Origin: Bigelowiella natans CCMP2755
Taxonomy: Eukaryota > Protista > Cercozoa
Reading direction: 5' to 3'
Assembly (NCBI GenBank): GCA_000320545.1
Contig: ADNK01000108.1
Coordinates: forward strand, 1 to 64,000
Length of the DNA: 64,000 bases
A program made the translations under genes and the position numbers. Shown piece by piece: positions 52,872-64,000 of this stretch (position 1 is the first letter of the stretch; every line of letters begins with the position of its first letter). A model generated the notes under the pieces. It saw only the letters and a list, made by a program, of their open reading frames with translations, was not told the origin of the DNA and did not search any database.

Positions 52872-54872
52872 AACAAGAAAGATGGTCAATACTGCTGCTA
52901 CGCGAGACTGGTGATTATGCATCTTCTCATTGCGACTCGTATTACCCCTTACAGGCCCCCCGGGCCAAGTCCACCAGACTCAACACCCGTTTCCGCTTAA
53001 GCACAACGCGGATAAGGAAAAAGATTCTGGAAAGAAAATCTGGGAAATGTACCTCAAGGCGTCGCTGGACGCAGGGATTCTTAATTCTACGGAGAAGTCT
53101 CTACCCGTCGAATGCAAGCGTTGTGTCAGTTTCATGCGGCCGGGACTGCCATACTTCGAGCTTTACCAGCCATCTGTGCAGGAAGATACCAAACGGTACT
53201 TCCAGGACATTCTCACAATGGAAGAAACCCCCCTTCTTGAGAAGTACGGAAAGGTATTCGAGTAGTGGTAATAGAAGTTGTTCTCAAGATAGTAATGGTG
53301 CCTATACTTGAACCCCCTTCCGATTCTCCCTTGCCATATGATACGAACACTGGATCATGTACCAGGCCGGCGCGGACTTTTATCCATATATTCAACGGCG
53401 AAATTGGAGCATATATGGGCAGTTTGAGGATGATGAGAAACGGAAGGCGCTCATGAAGGGTATGCGCCTTCACACACGCGCGCGCACGTGTATGCATGCA
53501 TTTACAGCTCGTCACCCAATAGGTAGTGGTACACGCCGCATAAGCCTCCCATAGCTGAAAATGGCGACCAGTATTATTGCAGACTGTACATATAATAGGC
53601 CCCCCCTTTCTTTTAACTAGGGAAAGATGTAGAATCATCAATCGAAAAAGCTGCTGCAACCGTTGCCCGCACCTTGGCCGAGGAACCCATAGGCCTTTAC
53701 ATGCACTGCAAGCGGAAGATCGATGAGGGAGACGGAAAGAGCATCGCTTGTGGCGGTTCGACGTGTCTGCGCTGCTTCCGCGAGGTGAAACGGGACAAAC
53801 TCTTTGACCACGACTGCGAGGCCAACCTCAATCTTGACAAGATGTAATAGTACAACCAAACTACGTCCGTACGTACTGTTTTTCTGCCCCACTTAAAAGA
53901 AATAGATAGGTTTTTGGTAAGTGTAGGGAGAACCTAGGTTTTTACACGAATCTGGTCTGCCTTGAGCATCAGCTCTATTTTCCTGGCACGTGCACGCTGC
54001 TTGTCGGTCGGTGTGATGGGATGGGATAGTGGCTTTTGCTTATTATTTATGTTGTGAAGGTACAACGAAATCATAGAGGTGTTGGATTCTGCATCATTTC
54101 AAACTTGCCCACATTGCTTGACAAAGGGAGTAAAGGTTTGTATGTGATGTATGCTTGTTGATATAAGAAGAAGAACGTTAGCCAAAAGTCGATGCTTTAG
54201 TTGGTATCTCTTTAGGGATGTAACGTTCGATAAGTATTGCTCATAACACCGCTATTCAACCATTGATGTTCATAGTTGATGCGCGAAGTTGGTGTTGTAC
54301 GCTGGCATTCCCTTTCTGACAATTTCCTATTCTTCCCTCTCCCTCTTCTCAGGACCTCGCCTGCACGCATATTACGTGCAATAAGTGCAAAAAAAAATGG
54401 TGCTATCTCTGTCGTTCTTTGAAAGAGGATCTTCCAGGGAAAACCTTTACGAATCACAACAAGTAAGAGAAATTCGGTGATGGTGGCGAAATTTGTGTAG
54501 TTGCAACAATGGTTGCGGAATCCCATCAGTCTCACCATTTCTTCTCATAATCATAGGTGGAAGGGTCTGGACACGAGGGTCAAGTGGGGCCATTGTCCCA
54601 TGTACCTCCACTATGTGTACAAAGGATCCGCCAAGAACTCCCTCACACTCTTCCACCTGCACAAGCAAAAGCTTGCCCTTGAGGCCTACAAGGAGGGATT
54701 TTCTGAGAAACAAAAAATAACTTTCGATATGGTAATAAATGATCGATTTCGTGGCCAAATCTTTGATAAATCAGATCTGCAAAAGCTTGAGGTAATAATC
54801 AAGCGTGCATTCCCGATCGGTTTTAAAGGCTTTGAAGCTGCTGCTCGCGAGAAGAAAAGTAGTGTTCGGTGA
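47977..54872 (+). CDS. RBR (RING1-IBR-RING2) E3 ubiquitin ligase with N-terminal myristoylation-like motif, EF-hands and a C2-like domain; multi-exon
   Basis: MGQNHTS; ADTNQ|DGKISVKE; LAIEAWDF...VGISYVEL; ADHDADGGIDVGE; CSAC..CSKGHMLCKGC..CQIC; CKRC..CLRC..HDC; CPHC..K|DLACTHITCNKCKKKWCYLC. Confidence 0.8.
53946..54028 (-). repeat. 83-bp perfect inverted copy of exon sequence 50682-50764
   Basis: acgaatctgg...gggatgggata is the exact reverse complement of tatcccatcc...ccagattcgt. Confidence 0.95.
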
Positions 54873-55410
54873 ATTTTGACTAGGAATGTGTGCTCGAAAA
54901 TCATTGTAGATAATTATAGACACAGTATATATTATATATATGGCATTATATGTCTATTATGATATGTGGCTTGGCTTAGCTTGCAGGCTGTCTAGATCGC
55001 TGTGGCATTGCATAAACTTGCAGCTTGTGTGCACACATGATGGCACAGTGCTAGAGTGGTGCTGAGGACATTTTAGATGCTATCACTTTGGTTTCGCCAT
55101 GATGTAACTAGTGTCATCATATCAGTGTAATGCTAGCTAGCTAGTTGTTGGAAGTCAGCTACGTGCTAGTTGAACTTCCCCAAAATTGACATATTGGCAG
55201 CATGCTAGCTAGCTAGCATGAATCACAGAGAATTGCACAGCATTATCGCGCAGAATGACTTCGGCATGAAGTGACAGCTTTTTAGTCAAGTGTTAAGTGC
55301 AGGTCTTTGGTTGCGAATTGGATGTGGTAGTCGCATCATCATGATGCGCAAAATCTAAAAATGCTGTGTGTGCATGTGTGTGTTCATGTGTGTGTGTGCA
55401 TGTGTGTGTT

Positions 55411-55449
<39 letters not shown>

Positions 55450-56151
55450 ACCAGTGTGCACGTGTGTTCGCATGAAGCCCGTGCACACTCTCATTGTGTG
55501 GTCCAACACAATGAGGCATGATCACAGCAGCACGCTTTCGGCTGCAAAAGAAGGCCGAAAAGAATGAGAGTGTCGCGCGCACGGTGTCGCTCGTGTGTCA
55601 CTGAAGAAACTGCGGAGCACCTGCACGTTGTTCATTGCTGGCTAGCCAGGTTGGGATGAGTGTCACGATGCACATCACAACATCACGTCAACAGCATCAA
55701 TGCGTTGAGTCCGTTGCAACGCAGAGAAATGAAATTGTCATCTGCTTTCCTTGTCCCAACACGATCGATCAATTGATTGATTGACACATCTAGTCGTGTT
55801 CACTTCGACACCACTCCATGTCAAGACGCACACAAACCCTGCTAGCCTGCCAACAAGCTGGACGCGCCTCAAGCGGCTCGGAAAGCGGAGCGGCTAGGCA
55901 CTCAACGCAAACCGGACCGCAGAGTTGCACTTGGGCTGACGTTGGAAGTTGGAAGCTCGATCCTTGCTGCATGGGTCAAAGGCTCACAGGTGAGGATGAC
56001 CCGAACGGCAGCACCAAGTCAACTTCTGAGGCCGAAGAATGGATCTAATAATAGCAGAATGCAGGAATGCCCTGCATTTCGACTCTGCGACTTATAATGA
56101 TCACCTCATAGATAAGTGCGAAAATGAGCCAATTCACAGCATCCGTTAGGC

Positions 56152-58588
56152 ATGGGCAACCTGTGTTACGGTGGTAGACAACCGCCGCCGGTCAAGATAA
56201 GTAGAGATGGGGAAAGTGATCGGATTCACCACTCTCCGATGCGGTTATCGAGTGGTATTAATGGTGGAGATGGAGCTTCGGATGGTGGCAATAGGGTAGT
56301 TCTCAAATGTGCATAGCCGCGTAGACGTTGCCCAAATTTCGTCCTTGCATAGGATGATTCATACTCGGATGGATACGACTTTTTCCCCTTCCCGGAGCAG
56401 CCAGTTGGTGTAGTGGCTTCGTCTGCAATTCCTGATGAGAAAATTCAGATTGAAGGCAATGTGTTCATCAAAGAGCAAAAATTCCACCCCTGACTCATGC
56501 CACTCGTGGACTCGTGGATTGCATTCTTATTTTTGAATTTTGTAATTTAATGTCGTAGACGTTCACCAAGAAAATAGAAAACCCATTGCACAAGCTGTTC
56601 AAAGAAATGAAGTGAAGCCTACTGATAAATCAGATGAGGGTGCATAGCAAGAACATTTTGAAGACATCGTACATGAAAATAGATTCATTGAATTGCGTTA
56701 TTTTCGTCATAAACATACATGTATTTGAATTATATCTGCAAGCAATCGACACTAATACGGGAAACGAGAATCTTTCAATTCAGAATCATGGCACAGCGAC
56801 TCCGCAAGGGAAAAAACCTGAAAACTCTGAGTGGAATGAAAGTAAAGAGAATGAACAGAAACCTGTAGCAGTTCCAGGAAATAACCATGTATTGAGTCAC
56901 CAAGAGATAAAAGTGACTGTTACAAGTCCGAAAGACGATTCCAACCCACAGAATCATGGAACAGCGGTTACGAACAGAGACCCTTTGCCGGACGAAACCA
57001 ATGACAAAAAACAGACATATAACGGGAAGTCATCAACCTCTCAACCTACACATGAGCAAGGCCTAAGAAGGTAAAATTAAAAGAGTACGGTTTCAAAAAC
57101 ATTAGACAATACAAATGCAGGGAGATTACCCGTACAATTCCTGTGGAGCCTCCGAAGGGAACTCTTGAAGAAAGTAAAATTGTTGAAGAATCGCTTTGTT
57201 AATTTGTTAATCTCCTTATTGTATAGAGTAAACGTTCCTTTTCAAATTAGTCGAGGCCTGGGAAAAAGGAGACCTGGTGTATATTTTATTTTCAAAGCTT
57301 GGCTGGAGGAAAGGGTCAACTAGCTGCGACCATTTACCAATTTTATTTATTATTCGTTTCTCTTAATGCAGTGTTTCTTCAGAGAAATACGAAGTATTAA
57401 TCATGATGAGCACGGAGAATGGTTACTGGTTCATGATCTTGAAAAAAAGGTACAAATTGGAAGTTTTCATATGGAAAACTGCGGAGTCTTATTGAGTGTA
57501 TTCGTTGCACAAATCCTAATAATTAGACAATAAAGAAGCAAGTGCAACGGTAAACCGAGAGGCTCAGCGTCTGTGTAGATAGTGTAGATGTGTAGATGTC
57601 AACCAAAATATTTTGTTGGTTTAGGCATGACAATGATCATATTCGACCTTTCATCGAAGATTCGATTCTTGAAAACATTAGAGTAGAAAATCATCGAAAA
57701 GCAACTATTCAAGGAGAAGCCAATATGGAAGAGAAGGTTGGTTGTCTTTCAAGCAAAGATTCTCGTCACGTTGTTACTTTGGTTGAGCCGCAGGTAGAAG
57801 GAGAAACGCCAATCCAAATGAAAATTCGATACATGGGAAAGCTTCAAAGATTATCCATGTTTCAAGCCAAAACAGTATTACATTAAACTATCAACTGAAA
57901 TTTGAATGGTTCCATTGACATGGTCACATTGTAGCGATGGTGCACAGTCACAGACGAAGGATTTTTTTTCTCCAAAGATGAAGTAAGGCAGATGTAAATG
58001 TATTGAATATAGTTTTATAACCAAGATCCAAACATAAGGGGAAAGTGAGAGACATCCACAGGATGTCCGAATGGTTAAAAAGCGTGCTCGCAAGAGAAAA
58101 TCTCAAAGAGGTTTCGTACCTGTTTGTGTTTGAGTTTTAAACTTTGACACCTAATTTTGGATCCTTAATATCAGGGGAACATGAAAATAAAGGTATGGAA
58201 ATGCTGTATCGAAATATATATGAATCGAGTTCATGTGAAACAGGGCGTCACAATAATACCTCTTAAACATGTGACTAGAGTCAAGCAGCAGGTGGAAGAA
58301 AATTTTTGTCCTTTTCTACACATTGTTTCATATTGTACGTCGCTGCCTTAATATTTTGGAAAACGTAACAGGATCAAAAAATTAAAATTATGACTAGAAA
58401 AGCTGCCCTAGGAATTTCAAGCTTTACTTTTAAGGTTTCTCAGAGGTGTTAACATCGGTCATAGCATATGTAATTTTCTTTTCCTTGCTTAAATTACTAC
58501 ATTCAAGGCCTCAAGTAAAGAGCATGCCGCAGCATGGGTAGATGCTTTTGCTACAGCCTTAGAAGGTAATTTAATGCTGGGGCACTGA
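56152..58588 (+). CDS. N-acylated (MGNLC) protein with a C-terminal PH-like domain; short AT-rich introns
   Basis: MGNLCYGG start; KGVTIIPLKHVTRVKQQ...KIKIMT...SFTFK|ASSKEHAAAWVDAFATAL fits the PH C-terminal helix with its invariant Trp. Confidence 0.6.
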
Positions 58589-59095
58589 TCTATGCGCTTA
58601 CGTAGGCATTCATTTCATGATGCTATAAGCATTACAACTTCATGACTGAGATTTGTTGTCATGCCTACTAGCCTGCATGATCGTTACGGGACTAGAAGTG
58701 ACTAGCTCATTCATGTCTGGTGACGATCAAATGCGCCAGCGCTTGCGTGCAATGATGCAATTACTATTTCCACTATTTTACCTAATGCGCGTGCGCAAGC
58801 AGGAAATCGCATTTGCCGCGGCTGACAATACGTTCATTTGTGGTTGTTAGTAATTGTTGCCATGTGCATGAATGCGCACGCAGGGTTGCGGTGCACAGTA
58901 GCAGCGCAGTGATCATGATCTAGGCAGCTGTCGCATCACATCTATCAGCTGAGGTGCTTCACATTTGTGCTAAAACTTTCTACAAAGATTAAATGGACAT
59001 GCAAGCACCGATCTAGAAATTCATCCACCACGTGGGTATCGGTTTATCGTCGTCCCTATTTTCTGCAATGAAGTTGTTTAGCCAATATCAATGCT

Positions 59096-59381
59096 CTAGA
59101 ACACGTTAGCAGGTTTTGTAAGAAGTTGATTTATTTCCGATTTGGCTGCATAATTGGCTGTGCAACGGCTCAACGTGTAATACCTGCACATCACACACAA
59201 AGAGAGAGGGAGGGAGAGAGAGAGAGAACAATGTACTCATTGAGAAGAGATGCGAGCATGTTGCAATGCATGTACCCATCATTGCGCATTGTGTCGATAA
59301 TTTTGTTTGCATGTGTGTGCGTACACGCTATTAATTTACAATGTCTGTGTACATGTACACATGTGCATGTGTACATACATG

Positions 59382-59425
<44 letters not shown>

Positions 59426-62400
59426 GTACATATGTGTGTGTGTGTGTGTGTGTGAAACTACATACGTAGTGTCTACAGTATTTAGATTATCTAAACATGT
59501 ATGGCAGATTAGTCAGAGTTCCTCCACAAACCAAATCGTGCAAATCTATATGACGCAATGGCATTGCAGCCTCCCTGTCGCATCCCCCAACCCTTTATCG
59601 TTCGTATTACGCATGGATGATTTCCTTGACTTTGACGTAGGCCTTAAGATTGATTTGTACTTCGCATACCATTGACACTCCGTCGTACTCGAAAAGAATC
59701 TACGGGGCGGACGGATACCATGTCAAGAGAAATAATTATTGAACTGATATGAGAAAGATGGCAATATTAGCTAGGAATCATAAGATTTAAGTTGCATCGA
59801 AATGAAAATGAAATGAACTGAAGAGGAGAGGGGAGAAAGATAGAGATGTAGAGAATAGAAGCAAGAACAAAGGCAGGACTGTCGGACGTTGGCAAGAATC
59901 TGGCGGTATGAGAAGGCAGGGTCTTTCTCCAAAAATCCATTCTTTATCCGAAGAACCGTCGCTTTCTCCTTAAGGATCTGCATCGCCTTCACAACGTCGT
60001 CGGGGGTTGGGCACTCCACCAAGCACCGGACTGTATCGCCTAATAATGCTCCTATCGGCGCTTTTTCATCCTTTAATTCCTGATCGAGCATATAGTCCAT
60101 CTTGACCTTCTCTCGGCAGCGAGCGAGCTTCTTGACAGAGTCGCAGCGATGGAACCACGGCCCAAATAGTGCGCTCATTTCATCTTGGAATGCCCCATTT
60201 ATCTTGCGAGACTCGGAGAGTAGGAAGAAGATGAAAGGATCCGTGAACGAACACCGATCGGACGATGACTCGCCCATCATCTTGATCTCTGACTGGAATG
60301 CTGAGAAATACTCTGGGTGGATGACTGTCCCGATGAGCTTCTCGTCCTCCTCCTCGACATCGTAGTAGGAATAATCCACACTATTTGCCTTAGAATCTTT
60401 CTTGTTGGGCCGACAGAACAGCCGGTGAAGCTTTTTAAACTCCGGATGACCACCTAGAGCCCTCTCATCGTCCTGGCGTAAGCGTTCGCCGCCTGAGCCT
60501 GCCAACCCTAGCTTCTTGTACTCGCCGGTAGATTTGAGGTCGCTCTCAACACTCTTCAGCTCCTTTGTCACTGTCATTACGTGGCCCTTGACGATGCTCT
60601 GGAGTCTTTCATATGCCTTTTGGTGCGCTTCGTGGTCTTGGTGGGCATACGTGAGACAAGCAGCAAGGATAAAAGCTACGTCTTTCGTCCTTTTGGTCAT
60701 CGCCTTCCTCCGGCCTGCTGAGGTATTGTTGTCACTGTTGTCATCTCCACCACCATTGTCACCATCGCCGTGTGAACGGGGGTCCAGGCACTCGTTTAAG
60801 CCCTTCCAGAACAACTCTTCCAGATTCTTGGGGGATTTGATGAAAGGCGATTCCTGCAGGGTCTGGATGAACGTGCGCTCATGCCGACAAGTCATGTTCC
60901 CGAGGTATACCGCGCTGTCGTCCCCGCCAAATATAGCGCGCATCGCCTCTACCACAGCCGGATCTTTGAACTTGTACTCTGCACACATCTCTCTCTGCAA
61001 TATGTAGGCCTCATGCAGACGTTTACCCTGCCCAAGTATCGCGTCAGCCACCCGCCTCTCATCCTCGGACTCTGTCTCACCTGCAACACCTTCTGCTTTA
61101 AGCTCGTCGTCGTCGGAAAGTTTTTTCCGAAGCTTCGCCAAGGTTTCATTGGTGTACTCTTTGGTAGATTCCCACTGTTCTTCGTCGTACATCAGCTTCA
61201 AGCTTGTTTGGTATCTAATATCCCGTTCGACTTTCTGCCTTTCCAACCTACTCAATCGTTTTCTGGTCGCTCCTGTCCCCGCTGTTGCTGCCATTGATGA
61301 AGCAGTAGGGTACACAGGCATCGTTGGGTCTGATCTCTGCTCTCCACTTCTCAGAAAGTGTATTCTGTTTGCAAGCATTTCTTGGTAGTAGGCCACCATA
61401 GCCCTGCAGTATGTCCTCATTGCAGGTATCGTAAACTTGTTCTCGATAGCTGCCTCCATGCCATTGATGCTCTCTCGGTATAGAGAGGCCATTTGGTCAT
61501 CGGCGAACTGCCCCTCTTCGCCGATATCCGCCGTATCCTTACCAATACTAAACGGGTCGCTCTCACACAGAATCCTATTGTATCTGTCGACATACCTCAG
61601 GACCCAACGGCCATCTTTCTTGAAGGTGATGCGCGCTTCGCCAGAATTAAGCTCGAATTTGTTCGATACGTACGATAATCTACCCGCAATGCCACTGCCA
61701 CTCTTAAAAATACACAAGCTGTCGCTCCCGGAGGCTGTGTATCCAGGCAGATTCCACTTCACATTGAGGCCACTCGAGTCTATTCCCTTCAGTTCAATGG
61801 TGTACTCCGCCTTTGCATAGTCGACTAGAATGAACGGCTCACTCTCCAGCACAATCTTGTAATCTGCGTCCAAATACCGTGCGACGTATCTGAAAAGTAT
61901 GGAGAAACAACGCTTCTATTAAACGAGGATGAATGCCATACGGACAAGTCTTAGTTCAATTCTAATTGGATTAAAAGAGTGATTTAATTGGCCTACTTTT
62001 TGCTGACATCGTCCACATTCAGCTCGACACTGCCGGTCTGCACCTTTTTCGAGTTCGATTGGAACATCACAAAGTTGGAAGACTTAGCGTTGGAGCCATG
62101 AATAAGTACAGCCACATAGTCCGTCTCCTTGACAGTGAATCCGGGCAGGTTCCACTTGACAATGACTTTCCCTCTCGCAGGGTCAGAAATTTTTAAGAAA
62201 CACTCGCTTGAAGTTTGGAAATCGGGTTTCACCGGCTGCAAACTTCCGTCTAGATGGAAGGGTGTCGACTCTGCTATTATCCTCATGGTTGCACCAGAAT
62301 AATATCGAATTACGTAATTAGCTCCTTTCACGAAAGAGTACTGGAGCTTCACTTCACCTTGCCTTGTTCCCGTCGCGCACTTGTATGTCTCTGTGACGGA

Positions 62401-62967
62401 AGGCCCCGAGCCGAGAAGTGAGATAGCAACGTAGTCTGATTTTGAAACATCCTTCGCGTCATTGATGCAGAAACTTGCCGTTGCCCCCTTTTCGTCAAAA
62501 TGAACGCATTGAACGGTGTTTTCAATTGTATCTATTTTCGTTGGTGCCTTCGCAGACGGGTCTTGCAGTTTCAACGGAATCGACTTCGGAATGGGAGGGG
62601 AATCATCACCAGCAACTTCTTTTTCTGCAGAGCCATCGTCATTTTTTTCATTAGTAATATTTCTTGTTCCAGGCTTGGAATCGTTGTCGTTAGAATCAGT
62701 GCTGGTGCGAATGGCGGGCTCCTGCTTCGTTGAATGTTCAGGCGCTCCCGGTGTGTTGTTCTTTTCGTCTCTTTTCTTGTTTGGTTCGGCCACGGATGCT
62801 GCTGCACAGGGATCTTTGCTGCCATCATCACCTTCCTTCTTCTTCTCAACAACCGTTCCCAGTCCTCCCTCTCCTCCTCCTCCTTCTCCTATTTCCTCTC
62901 CTTCGTCCCTGTTGGCCTGCATGAGGGGCGTGGATATCCTTTCTCTTTGAATGGCCCCACACCCCAT
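59096..62967 (-). CDS. MGC-acylated protein with three SKICH-like domains and a C-terminal RelA/SpoT-like nucleotidyltransferase domain; 4 exons
   Basis: Three repeats ending Y.IRY...AESTPF, RY...LESEPF and LRY...CESDPF; VKKLARCREKVKMDY...LGDTVR...LRIKNGF...SYRQILAN|...VCEVQ...IHA|YYTLSR. Confidence 0.75.
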
Positions 62968-63307
62968 CGAACGTTTCTACGGTAGTCCTAGTAGCTTCCG
63001 AAACCGATGCGAGTAGTAACTGCCCTTTTTTTCTCCTGTGGGTTAGTCTCTCGCTTTGATATCCTGATTTGGCTCGGATTTTATACTGGATACTACCAAT
63101 TATTTTCGTCATTTATCCTTCACCATTACAACAATAACAACAACCATACCGATGCTCGCCATCTAGGCGACGAGTAGCCTACTACGTGTACATCCGAAAG
63201 GGGGGGGTAAGTGTGATGATGAGTTGGGGGCGCTACTGAATTCCCTCTTCGACGGCTGGTGCAAAGCTCCATACTCCATCAAAGAACCCACTACAATCTC
63301 TGGTCCA

Positions 63308-64000
63308 ATGGTCGCTGTACTATTCGAGCTTTGGTTGTTGGCGCTATGTTTCATCCATTCGTTTGCACGATTGCCAACCACTTCCACAAGAAAAACCGGA
63401 CGTCATATCGTTGGTAGAAGCGAAGCTATTTCAAGGATCTCGTTGTATCCTGTGTCAAGTCAACCGCGCACGCTGCTTCATCACTTGCGCTCAGCAAGAT
63501 TAGAGCATGGGCAGAACTCACAAGAACCGTCACAGGATGAAGAATACAAGGATGTCATCAGGAAGTACGAACACTTCTTCTGCTCTTCTCAACCTATCAT
63601 TATTTTTCGATTGGGTTGTGTATGGAATTGAGATGCGTGAACTCTGAAAGGTACTGGAGATATCGAAGCCGTGGCGAAATGTTCGAAGAACTGGGCAAAA
63701 TGGGTGAGATTGGTCTGCCCTATTGCAAGACCACATACTCATGCCACATATACTCGTAGGAATCGACATCACAACTGAAGAAGTGAACGCGCGCTTTAAG
63801 GACGACCAGACCAAGCTGCTAAATTGGCTAGTTGATGAGATTGCGGCCAGGGTCAGGAAATATTCTCCACGGGATCAGAAAGAAGGAGAGATAGACCAGG
63901 AGCTTCCAAGCGAACGGGAAGGTTGATCACCTTTGCAAATATTTCGAATTCGACTGTCTCCTACATAAAGAGATTACGAGCAAGAAACGCTACCGCGAAG
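63308..64000 (+). CDS. 5' part of a hypothetical protein with signal peptide plus transit-like leader; runs off the window
   Basis: MVAVLFELWLLALCFIHSFA followed by a Ser/Arg-rich stretch, then short exons (63652-63703, 63760-63921). Confidence 0.4.

Noticed and set aside
55381-55980. CpG-methylation decay or fungal RIP as the cause of the TG/CA excess
   Set aside because: CpG is abundant and TpA is lost rather than gained

Overview
Intron-rich eukaryotic nuclear DNA with dense microsatellites. A green-lineage plastid protein homologue and bipartite-looking leaders suggest a chlorarachniophyte-like alga (inference). About 15 spliced protein genes lie mostly in head-to-head pairs: DHHC palmitoyltransferase, Skp1 GlcNAc-transferase Gnt1-like, tandem Tudor/Agenet-PPC, LYR-LON, EF-hand, O-fucosyltransferase, TPR/2OG-like, panB, GNAT, At4g37920-like, JmjC, EF/C2-RBR E3, PH protein and 3xSKICH-RelA/SpoT-like. 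One intact, very young Ty3/gypsy LTR retrotransposon (22689-28404, minus) has identical 326-bp LTRs and a TGTT TSD. The main signals are four. (1) Recurring intergenic islands lack TpA almost entirely except in CTAG, pointing to a context-specific TA->TG/CA hypermutation process. (2) The retrotransposon sits inside such an island and carries a degenerate Dam/DIRS-type adenine-methyltransferase-like domain after an integrase with D(27)E spacing. (3) An 83-bp perfect inverted copy of an exon lies in a downstream intron of the RBR gene. (4) Several genes have unusual domain fusions. Gene models were spliced by eye and dinucleotide counts are manual.
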